From: Basidiobolus meristosporus CBS 931.73
Lineage: Eukaryota > Fungi > Basidiobolomycota
Reading direction: 5' to 3'
Assembly (NCBI GenBank): GCA_002104905.1
Contig: MCFE01000412.1
Location: 1-64,000 of the forward strand
Length of the DNA stretch: 64,000 nucleotides
Shown: piece by piece, positions 51,520 to 62,173 of the stretch
Layout of the letters: each line of letters begins with the position of its first letter
Numbering within the stretch: the stretch's first letter is position 1
Made by a program: the position numbers and the translations under genes
Notes under the pieces: generated by a model
What the model was told of the DNA's origin: nothing
The model's input: only the letters and a program-made list of their open reading frames with translations
The model's database searches: none

Positions 51520-52113
51520 ATGGCTTTGTATCACAGTATCGTGTTCGGGTTTATGATCACCCAAATGTCCTTGTTCCTGCTGATGGTAGGGCCCTTTCCT
51601 CATCGCTTCAAGCAGTCCATCCTTATGAAAATCGACTCTTCCAAATGGATGCACCGGCTCTATTTCTACATCAACATTGGCCTCGTTTTCGTTTTCATCT
51701 TGTTTGTGGACTCGATCATCCGGATGGTTAACGCCAACAAGGAGGCCAGTGCTGCCCATCAAGCAGATCCTCGGACCGATTCCCAACTTCAACTCCGCAA
51801 GTTCTACAGCCAAAGAAACTTCTACCTGACTGGGTTCACTTTATTCCTATCCCTCATCCTGAATCGTACGTTCTACATTTTAATGGACCTATTTCATGCT
51901 GAGGTGCAGGTTGAGAAGCTCCGTAATGGCCGTTCCAACGGAAAACCAAAGTATGTCCAATCCTCCGAAACAGACCATGAGGAGAATGCCAGAAGAATCG
52001 ATGAATTACGCAAAGAGGTGGAGGAGTTAAGACAGAAAGATCACAACCTAGACCAGTTGAAAGAGCGAGCTAGCATAGAGGCTTCAGAATATCATAAACT
52101 TTCCCAGGCTTAA
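51520..52113 (+). CDS. BAP31/Yet-family ER membrane protein
   Basis: Three TM segments; LFVDSIIRM; RKFYSQRNFYLTGFTLFLSLILNR; C-terminal coiled coil. Confidence 0.88.
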   Translation: MALYHSIVFGFMITQMSLFLLMVGPFPHRFKQSILMKIDSSKWMHRLYFYINIGLVFVFILFVDSIIRMVNANKEASAAHQADPRTDSQLQLRKFYSQRNFYLTGFTLFLSLILNRTFYILMDLFHAEVQVEKLRNGRSNGKPKYVQSSETDHEENARRIDELRKEVEELRQKDHNLDQLKERASIEASEYHKLSQA

Positions 52114-52181
52114 ATTCAGCAATCTTACATATATATATATATATAAAGATAATGTATACTCCATAGCTTCGTATGTTGACT

Positions 52182-54125
52182 TCAATCGACAGGCCCTAAT
52201 CCTATCATGGTCCAAAAAGTATGCTTCTTAAGCCCTTCTTCCTCTGGAGCTTCACCCTCGGGGGCTCGCTTAACGTAGGAGTAGGTCACGAGCAACGGAA
52301 ACTAGATTAGATATTAGCTCGATTCAGGTTGAAGGAGTACTACAGCAGAGATACCGTCAATTCTGGGGTTTCTACTTTTGGTATGACCTCAAGTGATACG
52401 GTGACGGTATTGGCTTTTGACTCTTCAACTCCTACCAGATTAGTGGTCTCTGACGAGGTGGGTGTTTTCAAGATCTTGGATCCCCTTTTGTTCTCATCCT
52501 CCTCAATCTCCCACACATCTCTGTAGGCATCGACCGAGAATTGCGGGGCCAGCACGCTTATCTAATCGATATCATGAGTTGGGTAGTTAACCTTGAGTGT
52601 AGATGAGGCTGCCCCGACTTTGACTTACTTGCGCTTCATTGTCGTGCGTATTGACTGCGGTCGCGAGAGTAATGTCAATCTTGGTATATAGCGGATTCGT
52701 AAACTTCAAATGGATCTGTGTTGCAATATTGACGTGCAGGGCTGGTTGCTTGCTGAGGGTGATGATTGGGATATAATGGCTACAGGTGTGAGAATGAAAT
52801 TAATCCTGACGTATAGAGTGCTTGTTCATATATATATATATTTGTGTGTACGTACATTGCTGTAAACCGGATTTTGAATCTGGTAGAGTTCGCCTTTTGG
52901 TCTGGTTTAATGAGGATTTGACGACAAGTCTTGCATCTTTTGGATCTTTTAGTGCGCAAATGGATCCTTTGGGGGCGAAGCTTGCTATCGAGAAATATGA
53001 GCGATTACCAATGTGAGGAGTGCCTGGGTGTATTTACCAAACATCATACGGCTGGCTATTTAGTTGCTTGAGTCTCTGTTTCAAAGTGGAAACTACAATG
53101 TGACGGTTGAGTATCCCGATATGATGAAAACAAAGAACGAAATGAGCATTACTAGAGTTTGCCTCCGTAAGGTTTAGGAGCTCTTCGACTTGGCTCTTTT
53201 CAATCGGCAACTTCACCTCAGATTCATACGGCTCTGCCTGTATGACTGGCTGCGATAATTGACTCATATGAGATTTGTTGTAACCAGGTACTCCGGGTAT
53301 TGATAGTAATGATGATGGGAGTGAGGCATAAGTTGGCTGATTGATTCGGATAGTTTTCTCGAAATATTCCTTGAGATTTTCAAATTCCTGAACATCCGGA
53401 TTCTCATCCTCAGATTTTTGCATGACAACTAAAGGCTGGTTATGCATGACAGTTAGAGTTGTTGAATGTTGTGAGTAATTACCTGCTAGACCTGTCGGCT
53501 TTTCAAATGTTAGTTGGATTTCACGCGAGTCCCAGCGACAAACACCACAGCTTAGATAATAATTATTCTGACTCGGTGTGGTATCGGGACTAGTCGCTGC
53601 TCCACTTTCGTTGGCAACTACCGATAACGTATTCTCACATATTGGGCATTCGAAACAGTTTCTAGCACAGCTACAAACCAAAGCCGTTCCCGTTAGACAA
53701 GAGTTATTTTACCAAAGGAAGAGTAGTCTCGCTTACCGATTTTTCTCGTATTTTACAGAGGCCGTGGGAACCTCGAATAAACAATTGGGACAATAGTAGG
53801 AGACAATCTCTTCTTGCAGACAGCGAGTGCACTTCACCGACTCACACTGTTCACAATAATACAACTTGGATACTGGTAAGGTGATCAAATCAGCATTGTG
53901 CTCCTCGAATGTGAACTCCAGAGGGTCACTCGGAGTTTCGGTTTCTATATGGGCTTGAGCCGAGAGCTTTGGAGGTTCGGCTCGCTCATACCGTGCAGAG
54001 CCTCTACTAGGCGTATAGGGGCTGTCACGGGCTTGTAAAGTAATAGGCGTCCGTTTATATAGATCAGCGCATCCGCAGTGATAATGAACAAATGGTTGCG
54101 CACCGTTTGAGCGTGTACGGTACAT
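52182..54125 (-). CDS. DCTN4: Dynactin subunit 4 (p62), multi-exon
   Basis: LYYCEQCESVKCTRC...[64 protein letters not shown]. Confidence 0.9.
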
Positions 54126-54485
54126 CGATGCTCCTTTACTGTAGTTGCTGGCAGGCCTTGATTTCCAAGTGGCTTGGTTTTGTGACAGTGATGCAGTCTA
54201 TAGAATCCAATAATCTGAATATCTCTGGGAGCTTGCCATTAGCCCCTGGATTCCCCTATCTTCAATTTGTCGTTGGCCATGCACCAACCCTAACCCTAAC
54301 CCCGAAGCGGGCTATTCTACGGGCGAGTTTAGCGATCTTCCGACGCAGTAAGAGATTAATGCGATCGCTACCCTGTAACCCCATATCAAACAGCTGCATA
54401 TCGAGACAAAAATGACCAATGTTGGCAATGCCGTGACATTGTATCGTAATGATGATAAAAGTACGGGAACGGAGCTCAAATCATT

Positions 54486-54683
54486 ATGTATCTCCCGTTA
54501 CTTGTACTCCTACCGGCAGTTTTAGCCTTTCCAGCAACACAGATGTTAGTGGAGGATGGTCGAGATGATATATTCGACCGGTTAGATATTGGAGAAAACC
54601 CAACCATACACATACCTTCACCAAAGGAGTTCATTCAACGTCTCGTCTTTTTCGGGACCTTTTTGGGGCCAGTAACGATGTAA
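54486..54683 (+). CDS. Candidate small secreted protein (65 aa)
   Basis: Signal-peptide-like MYLPLLVLLPAVLA|FP; AATAAA ~35 bp after the stop. Confidence 0.4.
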   Translation: MYLPLLVLLPAVLAFPATQMLVEDGRDDIFDRLDIGENPTIHIPSPKEFIQRLVFFGTFLGPVTM

Positions 54684-54914
54684 GCTAGCTATAATGAACT
54701 AGACGACTGTATAAGATGGAATAAATTATTGTGTGAGCTGTGGATCACTAATGGTGAGTAAACCAATGTTTGAGAAGTATTCAGCTTTTGAAACGCATAA
54801 AGCGTGGCTTGGCTGATTCTATGTAATTATGAACAGTCAGATTGGTCCCCTGCTTGAATATATATTGGTTGAATCCGCATACATGGCATTTAATAGCATT
54901 CAACCATACCCAGT

Positions 54915-55934
54915 ATGAAATTGAACGAAGCGAAGTCTAAAAATCGACTCACTTCAGATATTGAACTTCGATGTGACCAGCCATTACCGGCTTTACCCTG
55001 TAGTACTCCCATCCTCACTCCTGGGAGTTACTCACTGGAGCCAGGCTTCCGAGTAGACTTTTCCTGCTATTTTCAGACCACCTTGTTTGCGGACGCATTC
55101 ATATTGCATCCCAATACTTCTGAATTAATCCCAGTGCATCGCATACTACTTGCTACACAGTCAGGATACTTCGAGCGCGCGTTTCGGGATATGGAAAATA
55201 ACGGTCTTGGATACTCTGAAGATGGTAAACTCATGGTCGGGGTACCCATTGTGGACGATCATAAAGATTGCTTACGAACGGTTGTGGGGTTTATGTACAG
55301 CCAACGTATTACAGTGTCGGCGCAATCTATCGTGCCCTGCTTAGCGGTCGGGGAAATCCTCGAAATACCGACACTGATCCAAATCCTGATGCAACATCTG
55401 AATACTTCCTTGCTGCCAGGACGAGTATTTCGAGTTTTACGGGAAGCGACTGAATATCATTTACCTCAGAGTTATATTGACCATTGCTTTGCTGTGATCA
55501 TCCGATACTATACCATCGATGAAATCCTACAAAATTTGGATGACATCTACGTTTTACCAGAGACTACTTTCATGGGCTTCATTGAGATTCTCAAGAAGGC
55601 TTCACCCCTTGATCGTATACAGTTTATATCTGGTTATGTCAGGCACCAAACTGAAGATTGGGACGAGATGATATCCTTAGGGGAAAGATTATTCCGCTCG
55701 GTCGATTTCTCTGAATGTGATACTGAAACTTTGGAAAAAATATTTCAGCTACCTGGCATCCCCAGAGAGAGGGTTGTTGAAACAATGCTGAAGAAGCTGA
55801 AAGTTGACCGACCACTCGCCGAAAGTCCCAAGAAACAACATCCAGTGACAAACTCTAGCTGGAAAAAAATCAAAGCAATGAAAATCTGGAAAGGTAAAGT
55901 AAAGCCTACCTCTTTATACTTGAACTCGTTTTAA
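54915..55934 (+). CDS. BTB/POZ-domain protein (probable cullin-3 adaptor)
   Basis: ADAFIL...IPVHRILLATQSGYFERAF...LRTVVGFMYSQRI; BACK-like helices follow. Confidence 0.75.
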   Translation: MKLNEAKSKNRLTSDIELRCDQPLPALPCSTPILTPGSYSLEPGFRVDFSCYFQTTLFADAFILHPNTSELIPVHRILLATQSGYFERAFRDMENNGLGYSEDGKLMVGVPIVDDHKDCLRTVVGFMYSQRITVSAQSIVPCLAVGEILEIPTLIQILMQHLNTSLLPGRVFRVLREATEYHLPQSYIDHCFAVIIRYYTIDEILQNLDDIYVLPETTFMGFIEILKKASPLDRIQFISGYVRHQTEDWDEMISLGERLFRSVDFSECDTETLEKIFQLPGIPRERVVETMLKKLKVDRPLAESPKKQHPVTNSSWKKIKAMKIWKGKVKPTSLYLNSF

Positions 55935-56116
55935 TAGTCTGCTCTAGCCATTCCTAATCATACCCAGCATGCACCAACACTGCAATCAAATCCAAACTCC
56001 ACTAGACATTTTGCACAATGATCTTATAGATTGAAAAGTAGTGTGGTTTATTTGTTCATTTCTTTCCTTTCTTACTGAGTCTATTGTAAATAAATATTCT
56101 TACATTAAATAGAGGG

Positions 56117-57130
56117 CTATCTGATTAGAATTAGCGCAAAGATTCCTACGGCGCTGTACAATGAAGGGTTCAAAATACTGGCAGATGAGGGCTTCACTAG
56201 AGCCGAGTTGCTGCAGAGGTTCTCATTGCTTTCCTGTCCGGTGATCTCCGTGTTATAAGCGCTGAGTTTCACCGGAGCTGTCAGATTCATGTTCCCGCTC
56301 TTCAGCACCCCCATGAAGTCTGACACTCTGTCCGCAGAGGCGGGCCACACATTGTCCGGGAAGCAACACAACATCTTCCTGCGGATAGTGAGGAACCGCT
56401 CCAGGTACAATGCCTCATTCTGGTCAGCTAGTGGACCGGTCATGGCGATGATCGTTTTCAGACTGAGCCCGTCATCCGCCTCCCAGCCATGCTGCACGGC
56501 GGTATCATAGAAGATCGAGCGGCCGAGCACACTCCGCACCCCAACCTGTGCTGCCAGCTCCATGGCCGGGAGGAAGTAGATGAAGTCACTCACGTCGTCT
56601 TGGGCCTTCCGGAATGCCACCTGACACGACTCCTTCTTCCATACATCAGGGAACCCGCCCAGCTGACTCACGTCCCCTTTTGGCACCGAGCAGCTGGTGG
56701 AGCTGGCGAGTCTGTTCAACTCAGGAAGGTACTTGCCGAAGCCGGTCTCACCCACGCGTTTCTGGTACTCCGTGACCAAGGTGTAGAGATCTCCAGTGCC
56801 GGTGGTGAATCCCACACTCCCGCACGTGAACCCACGGCCATCCCCAATATTCTCGCAGAAGTTGTAGTTGATTGTCTTTGTGGCATGTTCGAACACATTC
56901 GTGACGATCAGAGCGATTTTCTTTGACTCGGGGGCCATCTGGTACGCTGCCGAGACCTCTTGTGGGTTGGTCGGGAGCTTTGGAGCGCAAGATGACTGCG
57001 CAGTTACTGGGAACTTGAAGATCCCGCAGTTAGCCGGGATGATGGAGAAATCACCTTGACAATAAGGGAAAGCATCTTGTGCCATAACATATGAGAGACT
57101 GAAAAGTAAAGAAACAGTAATGTGTAGCAT
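56117..57130 (-). CDS. GH46 chitosanase A, secreted, with a GPI-signal-like C-terminus
   Basis: Signal peptide; VFEHA...ENIGDGRGFTCGSVGFTTGTGD (catalytic Glu, Asp and Thr as in Streptomyces N174 Csn); FYDTAVQHG; hydrophobic tail. Confidence 0.9.
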   Translation of the reverse strand: MLHITVSLLFSLSYVMAQDAFPYCQGDFSIIPANCGIFKFPVTAQSSCAPKLPTNPQEVSAAYQMAPESKKIALIVTNVFEHATKTINYNFCENIGDGRGFTCGSVGFTTGTGDLYTLVTEYQKRVGETGFGKYLPELNRLASSTSCSVPKGDVSQLGGFPDVWKKESCQVAFRKAQDDVSDFIYFLPAMELAAQVGVRSVLGRSIFYDTAVQHGWEADDGLSLKTIIAMTGPLADQNEALYLERFLTIRRKMLCCFPDNVWPASADRVSDFMGVLKSGNMNLTAPVKLSAYNTEITGQESNENLCSNSALVKPSSASILNPSLYSAVGIFALILIR

Positions 57131-58548
57131 AATAGTAAAACAAGTGACTTGTGCTTTGAAAGATGGGCTTGGCAGGACTTTATAACACCTTCAAACGACT
57201 CTATGCCAATGCTTCGATCCATAAATTACCGAGGCTTCTCATTAAAATCTCCACCGTTAATCATTTCATGATTACCCGGCTTTAAGGGGTGCTTCCAGGC
57301 TGCTTTTATTCCGAAATTCAAATTTTATGGACTGATCGCAGTAATATCATTTTAAGATGATGTATGATGGCGATATTTAGAATTTCTGGTCTTATTCTCC
57401 TAGAACTTCAATTATGCATAAACGGATGGAGAATATAGCTCCACAGTAAGATGTCACCTGGAGGTATGCCGCCAATCGAACATAAAAATCAGCGCGAACC
57501 GTCAGAATAAGCTACATAGGAGTGCTTGGCATAGCATCGAGCCCTAGAAAGTGTCCGTAACTTTCCAATGTTATAAATAACACATACTCGCTATTAGTGT
57601 GAGTTATCATTGAAAATGTTATATTTCGTAATTGGCCTTTATGTCTTGAGCTCATTTTCAAACGCACAGGATGCGTTCCCTTATTGCCAGGGTGATTTCT
57701 CCATCATCCCGGCTAACTGCGGGATCTTCAAGTTCCCAGTAACTGCGCAGTCATCTTGCGCTCCAAAGCTCCCGACCAACCCACAAGAGGTCTCGGCAGC
57801 GTACCAGATGGCCCCCGAGTCAAAGAAAATCGCTCTGATCGTCACGAATGTGTTCGAACATGCCACAAAGACAATCAACTACAACTTCTGCGAGAATATT
57901 GGGGATGGCCGTGGGTTCACGTGCGGGAGTGTGGGATTCACCACCGGCACTGGAGATCTCTACACCTTGGTCACGGAGTACCAGAAACGCGTGGGTGAGA
58001 CCGGCTTCGGCAAGTACCTTCCTGAGTTGAACAGACTCGCCAGCTCCACCAGCTGCTCGGTGCCAAAAGGGGACGTGAGTCAGCTGGGCGGGTTCCCTGA
58101 TGTATGGAAGAAGGAGTCGTGTCAGGTGGCATTCCGGAAGGCCCAAGACGACGTGAGTGACTTCATCTACTTCCTCCCGGCCATGGAGCTGGCAGCACAG
58201 GTTGGGGTGCGGAGTGTGCTCGGCCGCTCGATCTTCTATGATACTGCCGTGCAACATGGCTGGGAGGCGGATGACGGGCTCAGTCTGAAAACGATCATCG
58301 CCATGACCGGTCCACTTGCTGACCAGAATGAGGCATTGTACCTGGAGCGGTTCCTCACTATCCGCAGGAAGATGTTGTGTTGCTTCCCGGACAATGTGTG
58401 GCCCGCCTCTGCGGACAGAGTGTCAGACTTCATGGGGGTGCTGAAGAGCGGGAACATGAATCTGACAGCTCCGGTGAAACTCAGCGCTTATAACACGGAG
58501 ATCACCGGACAGGAAAGCAATGAGAACCTCTGCAGCAACTCGGCTCTA
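56198..58548. repeat. 858-bp inverted repeat (56198-57055 / 57691-58548) with a 635-bp spacer
   Basis: Arms match with three synonymous differences seen by eye. Confidence 0.93.
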
Positions 58549-58644
58549 TCTAAGCCATCCTCAGCAAATGTAAATATGCCCAGCTTATCGATTGGAATTG
58601 CTGTAATTCTAGTTTTGCACAAGGGCAAACTGATCCACTACTGA
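57616..58644 (+). CDS. GH46 chitosanase B, inverted paralogue
   Basis: Mature domain identical in protein sequence to copy A; different signal peptide and tail. Confidence 0.9.
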   Translation: MLYFVIGLYVLSSFSNAQDAFPYCQGDFSIIPANCGIFKFPVTAQSSCAPKLPTNPQEVSAAYQMAPESKKIALIVTNVFEHATKTINYNFCENIGDGRGFTCGSVGFTTGTGDLYTLVTEYQKRVGETGFGKYLPELNRLASSTSCSVPKGDVSQLGGFPDVWKKESCQVAFRKAQDDVSDFIYFLPAMELAAQVGVRSVLGRSIFYDTAVQHGWEADDGLSLKTIIAMTGPLADQNEALYLERFLTIRRKMLCCFPDNVWPASADRVSDFMGVLKSGNMNLTAPVKLSAYNTEITGQESNENLCSNSALSKPSSANVNMPSLSIGIAVILVLHKGKLIHY

Positions 58645-58870
58645 GCAAACAGCTGGCCATTTATTTATTCAAGTATCACTTCTCGAAAACTAGACCATAG
58701 TATGATTGCATCATGTACATTATAGGTATGTGAATTGCACTTTACAGACTATAGTATAGGCACTCACTTTGATATGTAAAATTGCCAAGATTAATTGAAA
58801 TAAATTGAAATGATTGTTTTATATGATGGAATGTATACAAAATTCAGCAAATGAAAGCAGGAAATACAAT

Positions 58871-59857
58871 TTACATTTTGGAGTCAGTATTGACAAAGTC
58901 GATTCCTTTCTTGATGCTACCCTTCAATTCAACAACGCATGCCTCGAGCAATTTCTTTTCATAATCGGAAAGTTGCCCAACGGGGTGGACTTTTTGAACT
59001 CCATCTGGGCCAAGCTCTACATTGGTAGCAAAGTAATCACATCCTGTTAGAGCCTTGATATCATTGCTAGGGTCAGATAAGAGATCAACGTAAGTTGGCT
59101 CGATAATGCCTGACTTTCCTCCAACACTGGCCTCAAGGATATGGATGGCGAAACGCGCTCCAGCATAGGCCATACTCAAAGTGGCTGATCCAGCCCCATC
59201 CTTAGCCTTGACCACTTCATCGCCACCAAACTGAATGCGATGTGTCAAGGCATCAATTTGCTCTTGGGTAAACTTCTCTTTCATGGAGAGTTGAGAGAGG
59301 AGAGGAATAATAGTTGCACCAGAGTGACCACCAATGACAGTCACCCGAGTGTCGACAGGGTTGAGCTCAGCACTCACCTCGGAGACAAAGCGGGAAGCAC
59401 GGACAACATCCAATGTCGAGACACCGAACAGGCGCTTGGGGTCATACACACCAGCCTTCTTGAACACCTCGGCAACAATGGGAACAGTCGAGTTGACGGG
59501 GTTGGAGATGATCAACATGAATGCCTTGGGGCAGTACTTGGAAGCAGCAGTGGCCAGGTCACGAACAATACCAGCATTGATCTTGAAGAGGTCATCACGA
59601 GTCATGCCAGGCTTTCTGGGAACTCCGGCAGGGATAACAACCACATGGGCGTCGATGAGAGCATCCTTCAGGTTGTCGGAGCCAAGGTGAGCGGTGACCT
59701 TGGAAGGGGTGTTGATATGAGAGAGGTCAGCAGCGACTCCGGGAACGTTGACGAGGTCGTATAGAGCAAGGTGAGAGATGAGAGTGTTCTGCTTGAGAAG
59801 GAGGGAGAGTGGTTGACCAATACCACCAGCAGCACCGAGAACAGCAACCTTGACCAT
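58871..59857 (-). CDS. NAD-malate dehydrogenase, peroxisomal isoform (PTS1-like -SKM)
   Basis: [22 protein letters not shown]; [12 protein letters not shown]; TLDVVRA; GGHSG; ends TDSKM. Confidence 0.93.
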   Translation of the reverse strand: MVKVAVLGAAGGIGQPLSLLLKQNTLISHLALYDLVNVPGVAADLSHINTPSKVTAHLGSDNLKDALIDAHVVVIPAGVPRKPGMTRDDLFKINAGIVRDLATAASKYCPKAFMLIISNPVNSTVPIVAEVFKKAGVYDPKRLFGVSTLDVVRASRFVSEVSAELNPVDTRVTVIGGHSGATIIPLLSQLSMKEKFTQEQIDALTHRIQFGGDEVVKAKDGAGSATLSMAYAGARFAIHILEASVGGKSGIIEPTYVDLLSDPSNDIKALTGCDYFATNVELGPDGVQKVHPVGQLSDYEKKLLEACVVELKGSIKKGIDFVNTDSKM

Positions 59858-60558
59858 GTTAAGAAAGTAAAGTGGAGTTGAGAATAAGCAAAAGCTGACA
59901 CTTAATACTGAATTCGACTCGGTGATTCGAATATTTATAGGCCACAAGTTGTCAAGGTTGGGGAGCCTTCGAAAACGTAATCACAAATGGCCAGTCCCAA
60001 AATTCGTTATGTGTGACCGCCAGCAAATCCGCCCTACCCTAACCCAGTGGCAATCTCCACCAAACACTATTTATTAGCCCGAATTTAGCTATTGATTCAG
60101 AATTCAGCGGTTCAATTCATTTCGATATTGTCAGAATATGGTAACTATTTAAACAGTTGATTGAGTAAGGCCTAGAAACTGTCTCCAACATTCAATTCCT
60201 TTTGCAGTTCAAAGGCCTGGAGGTACTGCGCCTAAGCCTCAAATGATAACCAAGAGTCTCCAGGTCTGTAGTCTTTCATGTGATATGTCAGTTAACGATT
60301 GACAGTTCAGCTAGCAATGACCATAGAACCTGGTTCTTTCTCGTTGCTACTTGAAGCCCCATTCAACGATGAAATCACGTGCATCGGCTCAGTAACAAAT
60401 GGATTTCAGGTACCCACAACGTGGGGCTAGAATCAACGGACTTCTTAATCATGCAATTCTTCCAATGGGCCAGAATATGATGAATATTTGGATGCAATTT
60501 ATTGTTGATGACGTAATGAAAATGATGAAATGCAGTATTTAGGTGAAGAAATAATCAG

Positions 60559-61542
60559 TTACGCGTGAATAAAATCAACTCCGCTCTTCACGTTCGCTTT
60601 GAGTTGAGGGATGGCCTGTGCAAGTATACCCTTTTCAAACTCAGAGAGCTGTCCAATAGGGTGGATCTTGTGAACGCCATCTACACCAAGCTCTACATTG
60701 GTAGCAAAGTACTCGCATCCTTGGGTTTCATCCTTTACGATCTGGCCACCTTCCGACTCGGAAGAAAGATCGACATAAGTAGGTTCAACAATGCCAGTTT
60801 TTCCTCCAACGCTGGCCTCAAGGATATGGATGGCGAAGCGCGCTCCGGCATAGGCCATACTCAAAGTGGCTGATCCAGCCCCATCCTTAGCCTTGACCAC
60901 TTCATCGCCACCAAACTGAATACGGTGCGTCAGAGTCTCGATCTGCTCTTGGGTCAATTTCTCTTTCATGGAGAGTTGAGAGAGGAGAGGAATAATAGTA
61001 GTACCAGAGTGACCACCAATGACAGTCACCCGAGTGTCGACAGGGTTGAGCTCAGCGCTCACCTCGGAGACAAAGCGGGAAGCACGGACAACATCCAATG
61101 TCGAGACACCGAACAGGCGCTTGGGGTCATACACACCAGCCTTCTTGAACACCTCGGCAACAATGGGAACAGTCGAGTTGACAGGGTTGGAGATGATCAA
61201 CATGAATGCCTTGGGGCAGTACTTGGAAGCAGCAGTGGCCAGGTCACGAACAATACCAGCATTGATCTTGAAGAGGTCATCACGAGTCATGCCAGGCTTT
61301 CTGGGAACTCCGGCAGGGATAACAACCACATGGGCGTCGACGAGAGCATCCTTCAGGTTGTCGGAGCCAAGGTGAGCGGTGACCTTGGAAGGGGTGTTGA
61401 TATGGGAGAGGTCAGCAGCGACTCCGGGAACGTTGACGAGGTCGTATAGAGCAAGGTGAGAGATGAGAGTGTTCTGCTTGAGAAGGAGGGAGAGTGGTTG
61501 ACCAATACCACCAGCAGCACCGAGAACAGCAACCTTGACCAT
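60559..61542 (-). CDS. NAD-malate dehydrogenase, no targeting signal (probably cytosolic)
   Basis: Same motifs; ends DFIHA; no presequence. Confidence 0.93.
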   Translation of the reverse strand: MVKVAVLGAAGGIGQPLSLLLKQNTLISHLALYDLVNVPGVAADLSHINTPSKVTAHLGSDNLKDALVDAHVVVIPAGVPRKPGMTRDDLFKINAGIVRDLATAASKYCPKAFMLIISNPVNSTVPIVAEVFKKAGVYDPKRLFGVSTLDVVRASRFVSEVSAELNPVDTRVTVIGGHSGTTIIPLLSQLSMKEKLTQEQIETLTHRIQFGGDEVVKAKDGAGSATLSMAYAGARFAIHILEASVGGKTGIVEPTYVDLSSESEGGQIVKDETQGCEYFATNVELGVDGVHKIHPIGQLSEFEKGILAQAIPQLKANVKSGVDFIHA

Positions 61543-62173
61543 GTTAAGAAAGTAAAGTGGAGTTGAGAATAAGCAAATGTTGAGTAATACAAAGTTCGGG
61601 CCGCCGGCTTATATATTGTAATTGGGCACCATTTCCGGTAAAGCTACAAAATAAAGCCTAATTAGGAATCACTTGGATGTCTCGGATAGAATCAGCCATA
61701 GTTTATTTCGAAAGAAACCTGCACACTTGTCCATCCAATGATGTGCTTATTTACCCTTTTATGGAGCCCCACTATAACACATAAATGTGCAAACCATCGG
61801 TAATTTACCCACTTGCTTCCCACGCTCAATATAGAAGTGGCTTAGATGGCAAAACAATCGAAGGACCAAGACACTAAATATCGCCCGCCATTGTAAACCA
61901 GCTTCCAGACCCAGGAAACTCCACTTCGCGTTCTAACGAAACATGTGCTCGAGGGTTTGTGAATCAGGTTGGAATGATGATTGGGATTTCCGTCCAAATG
62001 TACTTGCATCTTTCTGACTAAATAGATCACGCACAACTGATCTATCCACTAGTCTGGTGAGTTAATGACGTGACATAATGTGTGAATTATTGTGAAACTA
62101 AGATTGCCTTTAAAATACCGCCTGCCATCCCAATTCTCACTACCGATTCCCACTCTATACGTTTGTTCCTCAC

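Noticed and set aside
60490-60561. Stop-codon read-through giving a cryptic peroxisomal MDH
   Set aside because: The stop context is TAA CTG rather than TGA CTA, and the extension ends RHQQ, which is not a PTS1.
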